Of a stretch of DNA of 64,000 nucleotides, positions 23,821-42,078 are shown piece after piece. The first letter of the stretch is position 1. Each line of letters opens with the position of its first letter. Source of the DNA: Utricularia gibba (lineage: Eukaryota; Plantae; Magnoliophyta). The notes beneath the pieces were generated by a model. That model was not told where the DNA came from, searched no databases, and was given only the letters and a program-made list of their open reading frames with translations. The stretch spans positions 2,604,001-2,668,000 of the forward strand of contig CM007989.1 of NCBI GenBank assembly GCA_002189035.1. Reading direction: 5' to 3'. A program made the position numbers and the translations under genes.

Positions 23821-25457
23821 TAAAACCTTAACTTTTCCTCACATATTGCTGCGCAAATATCCAAAAATGCTCACATAAGCAACCCCAACACGGTGTTCAC
23901 GATTGGAAGCTACACAAAGCCGAGATTCAGGCAACAGAGCTAGAAATAGCAAACATAGACAAGCGGAAGCCGGAAACGGAAGAGAAACGACAAACCCAGA
24001 TCAAAATCGCGGAACCCACAAAGCATCCCTTAGAATAAAACCATTTTAACAGAGCGTTCACAGTTCACATAAAAGGCGCGATTCATTCAATTCACATGCC
24101 CCAGCTCTTCAATGCTGTATATAGAGACGAACAAAAAGGCACGAGGCCAAAAGTGACGAATATAAGCACACAAAACACAGTTGTCTAGGGAGATCAGGTT
24201 GCAGAGAGAATGGGAAATAGCTAGCTAGGCTACACGCTCGCTCCCAACATCAAACGTGGGTCAGTCTCAGATTACAGGCGGTGGTAAAAAGAGAGTCAAG
24301 TTGGAAACCGTCCACATTGATTCAGCTCGAATCAATGGATGGCAGTTTTTTAGATTACAGAAGAGCATTTATTTATTGGACTCCAGTTCTGAACCAGCAC
24401 AGAATTTGTAAGGAACCAGTAGACTAGAAGAATTCCTGTCTGATTGAACTTCCCACCACTAATGTTTCCTAAACCCAACAGAAGAAAACACAAAACCGCA
24501 GGCAAATAAATACTAGGAAATTCATGCTTGTGTTTTCACTAGCAAAACTTCATACATGGACACATTTAAAAGCAATATCCTTGTACCTTAACCCAGCACA
24601 ATAGAATTCTAAACACCACGCCACTAGCCTTGGGGGCGCATGGCGGATTATTCAATATTATATTTAAATAATAATAATAATAACAATAACAATAATGCAA
24701 CGTGTCGAAAATTATGGGTGGAAACCAAAACTGTAGTAATTTGTGGCCGAAGTTGAATTAATTTTGGGGCCCCAGGAGCGACGCTCTCCACTAGATACGA
24801 ATAATTAATTCACGGCGGATACCCTTCGTTATCAAATTCATTGGCAGCAGCAATGCCAGCTGGGACCCGCAATTTGACTAGTGACATGACCCACCACCAC
24901 CTCATCCCCATCTGGAATGTCAACACTGCCGCCGTGTCAGCTTACCAAATTGCACCTCAAATTTATTTTTAACTGAAGCTGTTTTTAGGAAAAATATTTG
25001 TTTTCCAAATAAAAAAAAGGTTCGAGAAGCATGGGAAAATACCTCATGGCGAACACTCGATGCATCTCTCAAGCATTTCATCGAACACCTCCATGGTATT
25101 CTCCTTCTCATTTTTTATCATCCTCATTTTTTTTCATGATGACATGTTTCAGACGTCTCTGTATCCTCATGAAGCAGTCCTCGATCAACCAAATCAACAC
25201 AAATGGTGTGGACGGGCTGACGCGTGCGAGCGCAGTCTATGGACCTTCCCACCTGACGAGGAGACTTTCGTGGATCAGATATGCCTTCACGCAGAGACGA
25301 GTCAGTCCAATACACTTCGTCGAAGTTGCAGGGCGCGGCGGGGGCATGCTTGTTGACCGGAGAAGCAAAACATAGCTACTGGTGCTTGCAGCCCTAAATG
25401 CGCAGGTTTCTCTTTTTAACAACAAAACCTCTTACTGTTCAGCGTCTGCACAGTTTG

Positions 25458-27452
25458 CTATGGAACCCTAAATTCTACCACCTTTCCTGTAGCCTGTGGA
25501 TAGATCAAGAATCCCACTAAAAAAGATGCAATTTTGCGAACAGAATTTCGATTAGGAGTACGTATATGCATACCATATACGGGTGTTTGAGTAGTGTGAT
25601 GCAGCTTCCCTTAAGAGAATTGGATTTGGATAAAAGAACTCTAACATGGGGTATGCTTTTCCAGTGCTCTCCCAATGCAGGTTTCGAGGTGCCAGCCTCT
25701 CCAGCCACCATATGGTTCGTGAACTACAGCATTGAAGTCACAAGCCCCGGTTATTGAAGAGCATGATCTCATTGGGCACTGGGCATCAAGTACCATGACT
25801 GAAATGTTATGCTCATGGGCAAGCTCCTTCAACAGGTAGCTGACTGTGATCATTAGCGCGTGGCCTGAATAGGGTATTATGGAAAAGAAGTCGTGAAGCC
25901 TTGAAGCGCATGCATGATCAACTAGCACAAACACTCAAGAATGGGATACCGTCTGCACTGCCACCTCCAAGGATGGGGGCTATGAGTGATGAAAGGGAGT
26001 CGATGATAAGCATCTTCACATGGGAATGAATCTGCATTCTGGAGTTATGAATTGTCTCGGGAGAATAAAATTCTTGAGAAAAGTTCAAACACACTAACTT
26101 GAGACTTAAGTCGGTTCTTCAACAGATGGAGCATATCCAAGAGGCTGAAGATGTCGAAGATACGATGGCATGCAATGCTTCTCAGGACTTGCTCAACGGT
26201 TTTCTTGACATGTAAAAAACAGGGGATTAGTAAATGGTTGAATCAATGAAGAAATTCACCAGCGGACTGCAAAGCCAAAACTTGCAGCTCATCAGACATC
26301 AAATATACCATCACAGAATGGAAGGGTTAAAGGAAGAGCTACAAGAAAAACGATCTTCCCAAATACCCTCCTCAAAATAAGATTCATGGCACGACAATGA
26401 CCAGGCATTGGAATCAAATTGATGTACCTCAGTTTTTACAGGAGTAGATGACTGAGTGAGGAATCCCACAACTTGTTTTGGTGAAAACGAGTTGCTGGTG
26501 TCCACATACAACACAGTGCTAGAATACTCTTGAGCCACATGTGAAGCAGTTTTCAGGCAAACCTATTTGAAAAAAAAACCATGATCTCAGTTTTCAAATA
26601 TGAAAGAGAATTGGTCTTCAGCTTGAGTGATTGAAGCAAGAGACACCTACTTGAGTTTTACCAGAAGAGGGTGGGCCAACTAGTTCTGTTAACTGCCCAA
26701 TTCGAACGCCTCCTTGAAGAAGGGTGTCAATCCTAACAACAAGGAATCATGAAACCTCGTTTAAAGGCTCGTGAACAGCATCAAATCTTATGCAGGAGAG
26801 TACCCTTCACATCCGGTGGATATGAGAAACTTGTTCTGTTCAACATCTTCCAACAACTCTAAGCCATTTAACCACGGCCTGTGGTAACTCTCCACCACCG
26901 AATACAACTGCAGCATTCCCTAAATATCCATTGAAACAACCAGAAGTATAAAATCATTTCTAGATAAAAAGTAGGTCCATAAAAATCTAGTATCTCGATA
27001 ACACTAGATGCTAAACCTGCTTGAACTTCTCTGGTGCGCGTTCCAGTCGATCTTCTAACGCATGGGAATCGTACAAAAGAAAATCTTCAACTGCCCAAAT
27101 GACAAGGAGCAACTCAGCCTCATCAATATTCCACTTACAAATATACCACAAATTTGACACAGAACTTGACAAAATCCTGAAATTATCTAAGCCAATTCTA
27201 AAAGATCCATCCAAAACAAAATGAGCTTGCAAGAAAAGATACTCCGTTAGGCTCCAAAATCCAATAAAAAAGATACCATATTCCTTGAAATCATCAGCTG
27301 GAATCGACATTAACCATCCGAAGATGTCCTTATTACAGAATCCCAACAGCAAAGGAAAACAAACCGCTGAAAATTCCCAAGGAGGAACAGAATCCCCGGA
27401 ATGCGGAGTCGATGAGGGGGTAATCACGCTCCAGTGTCTCAAGAGCTGCCAT
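25458..27452 (-). CDS. RAD51D: DNA repair protein RAD51 homologue D, 10 exons
   Basis: Exon 1 (27452-27365) [29 protein letters not shown], then VEDFLLYD, Walker [21 protein letters not shown], Walker [33 protein letters not shown]. Last exon [11 protein letters not shown] with stop at 25460-25458. Confidence 0.92.
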
Positions 27453-27497
27453 CTCCAATTTCACCGTCTTCAGATCAGAACAAAACCCCTTCGCGTC

Positions 27498-27505
27498 TTT
27501 CCCGC
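27498..27505. promoter_or_regulatory. E2F consensus site TTTCCCGC just upstream of the RAD51D start codon
   Basis: Exact TTTSSCGC match about 46 bp upstream of the ATG of a DNA-repair gene. Confidence 0.55.
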
Positions 27506-28718
27506 CATTTATGTAGAATTCGGGTCTTACCCGAACCGATTTGAAAGTAAAATCGATAGAAACTTAAAATCATGCAATGCTGGTAAAATATATTACTCAC
27601 CATCGAGTGCCGAAGTTACCACAACACAAGACAAGAAATGCAACTCCCTGAACAAGCTGCTCTATCTGCCTCCTCCATCCAGGTTTGGGGTCGCGATTCA
27701 GATGGAGTCTGCTCTAAACCATCAGAGGTGCAAGCGAGTGTTGTACGTACAACTCCGCCGGGAGAAAGCGTAGGAGATCGTAATTTTGGAGGACGGCCCA
27801 TATTTGTTAATTTGTTGGCCCAATCAAGAGACGAAACGTGGCAGGCTCAGGCCCATTCATGACTTGAGAAGTATCCAGGTCCTTTGTAACTACTAAAAAA
27901 TAAATTCTATTATGTACTATTTCACTTTTAAAAAAAGTATTTTTGTGTTATAAATACATTATACAATAATCATTAAAAAACAGATTTAAATTTTTTTATT
28001 TTTAGTAATATTTTATATTGAATATAATAAAAAAATAAAGCAATTCTCACCACACACGCAACGAATATTCGACGAGAGATATACGCCTACGTATATATCT
28101 AGGGATGCTGATGTATTTACAGAAGTCAACATGATTAAAAATTCCTCTGGGTGGCGTCGGAGTGACACAATCGGTTATACATAAAGACAAAGGTGCGTCC
28201 GTACACGCCAGGTTATGGTTTGATCGGATTCTGAGGTTATCACGCCATAGCCACTGACACCACTATCGTTGTCGTCGGACTCAGCGGACTGAAATCATCC
28301 ACGAATACTTCCGATACTTCGAACTCGTGTCAAATCCTAGCTATATTTCCAGAAGGTATGCAGAGTTTTCTCCAATCCGACGTTCTGTTGCGAAAGTGTG
28401 TTCGTGTGCTTGAGGTCTCTGATTTCTCCTTGTCGAATGTGGAAAATTGGATTTTGTATTTTAGAATTTGACTGGATTTGGAGATTGGGTTTTCAGTTGT
28501 GGATGTTGGATCAGTTCAATTTGCTTCGGATTGGGTATTAATGATGGGAATGTCTTGGGATCCGCATTTCTGTTTGATTGTGGCTTTGTTTAATGATGAT
28601 TTTGCTCGATTTCCATTTAGCTGTTGAGCACTGAATCAGATCTAGACTTTTGAGTGGATCTTTTTCGTGATGTTTCTGTATGTGTTTTATGTGGATGAAG
28701 GAACTCCTGAGATTCAAG

Positions 28719-30047
28719 ATGAAGGCACTAATTCTTGTTGGAGGGTTTGGGACCAGACTCAGGCCTTTGACATTAAGTGTACCAAAGCCGCTTGTTGATT
28801 TTGCTAACAAGCCCATGATTTTGCACCAAGTACGTCGTTTCATCTCTTGTTTTGCATGCGAAAGATCTATCAGCTACGATTCTGATCGTGTTATTTGACA
28901 TGAATCAGATCGAAGCTCTCAAAGCTGCCGGGGTAACTGAAGTTGTTCTTGCTATCAACTATCGACCTGAGGTGAATGAATTACACAGATTGACTTAAAA
29001 ATACACGGATCTGCTGTTTTCTTTACCAATATGTAACTTCTTTCAGGTTATGATGAACTTTCTCAAAGACTTCGAGACAAAGATTGGTATAAAGATCTCT
29101 TGTTCACAAGAGACTGAGCCTCTTGGGACAGCAGGGCCTCTTGCTTTAGCAAGGGACAAGCTGGTTGACAGCTCTATGGAGCCATTTTTCGTACTGAACA
29201 GCGATGTTATCAGCGAATACCCTCTGAAGGAAATGATTGAATTTCATAAGGCGCATGGAGGTGAAGCTTCTATCATGGTGACTAAGGTATGCAAAACACG
29301 TGCAGATACATGGTTTACTGTTTAATAATTATGATGCAGAGAGGCAGGCTGAAAGCTTAAACATTACCGCTCTTAGGTGGATGAGCCTTCAAAGTATGGG
29401 GTTGTTGTTATGGAAGAGGGCACTGGACTGGTTGAAAGGTTCGTTGAGAAGCCCAAGATATTTGTTGGTAACAAGATCAATGCCGGGATTTACCTGTTGA
29501 ATCCGTCCGTCCTTGATCGAATTGAGTTGCGTCCAACATCAATTGAGAAGGAAGTGTTCCCCAAAATTGCTGCAGAGAAACAACTCTTCGCCATGGTGTT
29601 GCCTGGTTTTTGGATGGATATTGGGCAACCAAAAGACTACATCACTGGTTTGAGGCTTTATTTGGATTCCCTTAGGAAAAAAGCATCCCCAAGCTGGCTT
29701 TTGGAGCTCACATACTAGGAAACGTTTTGGTTGATGAGACTGCAACAATTGGTGAAGGGTGCTTGATCGGCCCTGATGTTGCCATTGGACCAGGTTGTAT
29801 CATCGAGGGCGGTGTGAGACTGTCACGCTGCACCATTATGCGTGCAGCCCGGATCAAAAAACACTCCTGTGTTTCAAGTAGCATCGTCGGCTGGCATTCA
29901 ACTGTCGGGCAATGGGCTCGCGTCGAGAACATGACAATACTTGGAGAAGATGTTCATGTTGGTGATGAAATATATACCAATGGAGGCGTGGTCTTACCTC
30001 ACAAAGAGATCAAGACAAACATCGTGAAGCCAGAGATAGTCATGTGA
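28719..30047 (+). CDS. VTC1: GDP-mannose pyrophosphorylase (mannose-1-phosphate guanylyltransferase), 4 coding exons, with a 1-nt frameshift at 29687-29690
   Basis: [76 protein letters not shown], hexapeptide tail ending [22 protein letters not shown]. The frame is restored by one extra C in TCCCC ([19 protein letters not shown]). Confidence 0.95.
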
Positions 30048-30290
30048 AGCTATACCAAAGAAAACCACATCTGTGATGCTGTACTTGTACTTTTTCCTTC
30101 ACAGTGGACGGTGAACCAGAACAAAAAAGAAATTGTTTGCATTCTGTCTTTCTCATTTCAGTGTGCTGAAATTTCAAACTACAGTCAGATGTATGCTTTT
30201 GATATTGATACCTCTCAACAATGCAGCTTTCCTCTCCCCCTCTTCTCACTTACAGTCATCTTACAACCTGATGCCATTGGTGGCTCTGAG

Positions 30291-31541
30291 TCAAAATGCA
30301 CGCGCAGCTCTAGATGCGAGCCTAGATGTGTTATACGAGGATATGGAAAGAAGAAGCCATGCTATGGAAGCAAGAAAAACGGAGATCCTAAGCTTCCCAC
30401 AAGACAGATGAGGACTCAAACTACATAACTTGGTGTCTATGCAAAGGAGAGCCACTGCACCAGAAGAAGAGCATACTGCTCCTAAAGAAAATGAAGCTAT
30501 CGCCTGGGATGAGAAAACCAGAAGGGATAATGGAATCTGAGCACACCAGAATTTGATTAGATTTGAAAGAGAGAGAGATACTGTTACCCAGTCACCAATA
30601 ACAGAGATGGCAAGAGCAGTGCGATTCTCTTCATCAGTAAAGTTGAGTTGCATGGCTCGCAGATCGTAGCAGGCAAGTGAGAAGCTCCATACACACAGGA
30701 ACCCCATCACAGCAATCAACAAGCTGAAAAAAGGGAAACAAAAGCACATTAGCTGCAAATTTAAGCTCTCTCGAGTAAACTAAACAACACAGAGATCTTG
30801 GAGGCACATTTCATGGATGGATGAGGAACAGCACACCAAATAAAAATCATGGTTTGAGTTCTCAACTGCGTTCCAGAGCATAGGCTTGAAAGGCTCAAAA
30901 GCTGAAGCTAAATGCCAAGAAACAGTAGAACATACAGGACACTCCTAAATTTCGTAAAGAAACAGAGACGTATAAAGGATCCGGGAGCCGAATCTTTTGA
31001 TGAAAGGAGAGAATCAAAGAAAAATAACAACATGCAAGAACAGAAGAACAGAGAGCAGGCATGTAGGAAGTTTATGATCTGAGACAACTACACGATGAAG
31101 AACAGACCATGTTCACAAGTAGCGATTGCTAGTAACAGATAATGAACTTCACAATGCAGAACGCAGACTATGTAAGAAGTTCATGATCGGTGAGTACGCT
31201 CCTATAAAGAAACGAACATATTTACAAGCGGAAACTGCACAAAGCGAATGAATTACAAACAAGAAGCAAACAATGGATACTACGTACACTACAATAACAT
31301 GGGCTTGATTTCCAAATTTCAATGCAGAATAGAGGCGATAATCCAAGAAAGGGTATGCATTTACGCGAAGAAATCGAGTGAAGTACCGAAATGCTGAAGA
31401 ATAATAAGATCCAGGGGTGGACGCCATGATTCCCATCGAAGCACCAGCAAACAAGAACTGCCCAGTTCTCAACATCAACCCACTCTTTTTCCCAGGAGCC
31501 CCAAACATCTTCCTCTCCAGTTTATGCGCATACCTGAGCAT
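30291..31541 (-). CDS. CASP-like protein, CASPL5 type; exons 31541-31387, 30723-30588, 30503-30291; 167 aa
   Basis: GAPGKKSGLMLRTGQFLFAGASMGIM, SAF-x-LLIAVMG..WSFSLACYD, VIGDW, SSSG, CGKLRISVFLASIAW. Four-TM pattern and three-exon structure match the CASPL5 family. Confidence 0.85.
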
Positions 31542-32014
31542 ACAAGCAGTTTATAATCAGATTTATAGGTCCAAGAAAGCGAAGAGTGAAATGCACTCAA
31601 ACAATCAATGGAAAAATAGAAAAACTGCCACCCAACCGCCCCTTTACCGGGACCAAAATTCGTTATCGCTCAAAATTCACTTTGATTTCCGAGAAGGAAG
31701 TCGGTTATAGGGCATCTCCGCTGCCCCATCGCTGCCCGACAAAACAAGAAGAAGCCAAGGTTGGCCACCGGAGCTTCAAAGTGCCAACTGCCACCAAGCG
31801 TCAACCCAAATTAGTAAGCAAACCTTTATTTTAATTAAATATATATTATTAAATTATTGTAAACTAATACTTAATAAATAATTTTGTGTCGACGGGATCT
31901 AGGAATTGTCCGCTTTGCATGGATATAACGACTAGATCTCCGACTTGTAGCTTTTTTGAACGTTTCGGTTACCATAAATAAATACGCGATATGTTTATCT
32001 ATAGACGGGGGAGA

Positions 32015-33696
32015 ATGGGGTGTTTTTCTTGGGCTGGAAGATCATCATCCAGCGAAAAGCCGTTCAGGAAACGATGCAATGATCGGTGTGAAGGAGATGA
32101 AGATGTTAACGTTCACCCCGAGAAGTCGCAAGGTAAGAGATTTTGTGTCCAACGAAACGTTTGATCGAAAGATGAGCGATAGACATGGGAGACCGTTTCT
32201 GGGCTTTTTACTTGTTTGGGGAGATGAAAAGGAATTTGTGTTGGAATGTTTTTATCATTTTCATGATGGTTTTCCTTTGTTGTCTGATTTGTATGAAAGG
32301 TGTTTGATAGAATGTCTGCATGCATGGATATGCAGATATGGAATGTGGATGGATTTGGACAATGTTGTCACCGTCTTTCTTTTTATGGTTTTTACAGAGA
32401 CGACTAAATTGATGAATGGCCATCAAGAATCTACGTCTCAATATTCGTTTCTTGATAAAGATGTGAAACAGGGGGATGGAAATCCGAATCCTAATGGAAA
32501 CTGTGACACATATGACTCCAAGTCCAAGAAATTCACCTTAGCGGAAATGGTTGCTGCTACAGATGATTTCAGGGGTGATTATTTCCTGGGAGAAGGTGGT
32601 TTTGGGAAGGTTTATAAGGGGATATTTCATGATTCTGGTGAGGTAAACGTGTTTTGGGTTCTCCTGTCTTGCTCTACTCTGTTTTTTAACTTTGAGGCTT
32701 CTCATATATGTAACTGTGGATTGGGCAGATCGTAGCGATTAAGCAACTGGATCGCAACGGATGCCAGGGGGTGAAGGAACTAATCATGGAAGTTTCAACA
32801 TTAGGAAACGCAGAGCATCCAAATCTAGTTAAACTTTTAGGTTATTGCATTGAAGAAGATCAGAGTTTGTTGGTTTATGAATACATGCCACTTGGTTCAT
32901 TAGAAGATCATTTGCAGGGTAAGTCTTCTGATCCTCCATGTGAGTATGATTCTATCTGCCATGTGAATGAATGCATTTTCTCTTTTGTTTTGCTCTAGGC
33001 CCTGTGTGGAAAAGAAAAGCAATGGATTGGAACACCAGAATGAAGATAGTTGCAGGAGCAGCAAGAGGATTAGAATACCTGCATAACAAAATGAACCCAC
33101 CTGTGATCTATCGTGACCTCAAATGTTCCAACATTTTGCTGGGTGAAGGATATCATCCGAAGCTCTCTGATTTCGGGTTAGCGAAAGAAGGCCCCTCGGG
33201 AGACCGAACCCATGTCTCAACTCGAGTAATGGGCACGTACGGTTACTGTGCCCCTGACTACGCCTTGACAGGTCAACTCAACTTCAAGTCAGATATCTAT
33301 AGCTTTGGAGTTGTTCTCCTTGAGATAATCACCGGTAGGAAGGCTATCGATCACATGAGAGAGCCCCGGGAACAGAACCTTGTCGATTGGGTCAGCATCT
33401 TTCTTGCTCCATGCAATCAAAACCGTGGAACTTGAACTGAACTGCGGTTTTTGGTGCAGGCTAAGCCAATGTTCAAGGACAGGAACAAATTCCATCAAAT
33501 GGTGGATCCAGCACTGGAGGGCCGGTACCCTGTTCGAGGACTATACCAAGCATTGGCGATCGCTGCAATGTGCACACAGGAGCAGCCAAGTCTCCGGCCG
33601 CAGATCTCCGATGTGGTGAATGCGCTCAACTTCCTAGCGGCACACAAGTACGATCCTAACATCCACCCTGCTAAAGCTCCTAGAGTCATTGTTTGA
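32015..33696 (+). CDS. Receptor-like cytoplasmic kinase subfamily VII (PBL5/6/7-like), 5 exons
   Basis: MGCF N-terminal acylation motif at 32015; [76 protein letters not shown]. All exons traced in frame. Confidence 0.92.
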
Positions 33697-35814
33697 GTTG
33701 GTGGCCTTCTCATCTTCTAAACTTACAAATACTCTGAATAACATTAAAATAAGTATAATACTTCTTAATAAATGTAGTTCATGTCAGTAACGAGTATCAC
33801 TTTTAATGTCATTCCGACACATTCTTATAGATCGAGTCAAATGAAAACAGATAATATTGTGTGGCATGGGGCTTTCCACATGGGTGGGTCTTACACACAA
33901 TGTACCTGGATCAAGATCAAGTCTTGATGATCTTAGACTCGACTCACAGATCTCCAACTGCTGTAGTCTGACGAATTGAACAGAAATGCAATAAATGGCA
34001 ATTCCTAGTGATGTAGAGTAGGCCCTGGCAGCTTAGACTACATTTTTTTTGTATAGTCTAACAGGAGAACCATGGAAGATGAAGCTTTTGGGATTGTAGC
34101 AAAATTTTTCTGCTAATTTTTTTTTTTCACATGGGTTGAAGTTACTTTGGTTTTCACACCTTGTTGTGGCGCCATAACTGCTGAGTGATTGTGGAAGGAG
34201 TTGCTGAGAGTATCCGGAGTTTGGGGTGTTGATTGGGTGCTTAGTTTGCGGTTTACTGATTCCGTTTTACGATATTTGGTGACTTGCATTGTGTATAAGA
34301 CCGTTCAGGCACTTGTATGACTTTGGAACTGTTTAGTTCTGTTGTTGGATTCAAGCTGAAGTTCTTGTCGTTAATTGCTGGAGAATTTGTGAGTTGCTCA
34401 TTCTGAATATTTCAGTCTTGTTTCTGAAAGACAGGGTGCATCACCGCCTTCATGCCAGATGTACGTTCAGTATGTTGCACTGAGCGAGAGAAGGAGACAC
34501 CTTGGGGCAAACCGCACATGAGATGGCTCCGGTCGACAGCAACCAAGAGGATGAGCTGCGCAGAGTCACTCACGCAGAGTGTTTTATGAGACAGATGCAG
34601 AGCAAACCGTCCACGTGGGGCGCTACGTGGGAGCGGCGTACGGATAAGATTAATGTCTGAATAGCAGTCCACATGCCCCCATGGACAACAAGGCACCCAT
34701 ATCGGAGCCCCACCACATTCCCAAGCTCCATACTCTTTCACTGAGCAGAAATGATGAATTCTTCGGGCATCAATTACCCGGCAGCGAAACTTCGAACCGA
34801 GAACTACCAGACGCAGAAAACGCAAGATCCTTAGTTTTGGATATGAACTGCATGTTTCATGAACACAAGAGTCCAAGTTGGATGAATAATTGGAACAGGA
34901 CAAGCAGAGAAGGGAGTGTAGGGACAGGAGTTATCTGGAGATGGGAGGGGAGCGAATGAACCCACGCCCCATTGGATCCGAAATCCGACCACATCTAGCC
35001 TTATCCACCACCCATCCCATCATTTCTCTGTCACCCATCCGACTACGAATTCCGATCAAATAGTATCAGATCTCTCAGCCCATTTCGAACTCCTTTTTTC
35101 CCATTTCCGAGCACACAATGCCCGATACAGAAAATTTGATTCCTGCTAATCTGTACATACAAATATATGATTCTTTGAATGGTTTCTCTGGGAACCCATG
35201 ATCGGACTAGGCGGTGGCTCTGTCTCTGGAGCCATGGGAATGGGAATTGTGTAGAATTGAAAAATGGGTGGCTAAAGAACAAGTCCGGGCCAGGAATGGC
35301 AGGAGCCGCATCGCTTATCCACAACATGGGACTGAATTCGACTGTGCAGAGCATCATTCTTCACCAAAACAACCCCCGTCATATGTTCTACCCGGGTCAG
35401 GTGTGCGTTGTGCAATCTCTGTTTTGTCCCAGGCTTTTGTTTTATTCACGATAATGCCCCCACATCTTTTTGCCTGTGGAGGAAGTAGCCACACGACAGA
35501 CCAACATTTGCCCGAATAAATCCCCACTAAATGGATTTTTCTTTCTTTTTTTAATTAATTAATGCTCATGCGTGGCTAATTTTGAACAAACCAAAGTATT
35601 TAAATAATTGTAAAAAGTATATTTTTATATTATAAAATGGGTTCTATTAAGATATCTCATTGTGGAACAGCCTTATCATGTCTCATTTTAATTAAAAAAT
35701 TGGGAAGATATTATGAGGGAAAATTTTGAGCCACATTTTTAAATAAATTGTGATTTATTTAAAAAATGTTGGATCGGATCAGATATCTAATACGGGAAAC
35801 CACATTTTGGTGTT

Positions 35815-41803
<5,989 letters not shown>

Positions 41804-42078
41804 AGGTGCATTTGCGCGCACTGTCAGAGCAATAGCGCATTATTCTCCAGCATGATCAGAACCACGATGCGCTCAATGCCTTTTTGGCTATGCAGTCTAC
41901 TTTATTGCATACAAATGCATCACTCAGATGTACCTATCCTGACTTAACTCATTCGGTTCAAGTAACATGTTGGCTTGTATTTGCTCAAGGATGGTTACTG
42001 GTTTCATTCTGATGCCTTGCCTTTCTCTTGATCTTTCCCCTTCCCAGTTGCGCTCCATTAACAATTTTACATTTCCTT

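Noticed and set aside
25136-25257. C/D box snoRNA (ATGATGA at 25136, CTGA at 25217 or 25254)
   Set aside because: No terminal stem, and I recognise no rRNA or snRNA complementarity upstream of either D box.
31956-32735. 259-aa ORF as the PBL kinase N-terminus
   Set aside because: It reads through intron 1; the true start is the MGCF ATG at 32015 in another frame, spliced at about 32131.
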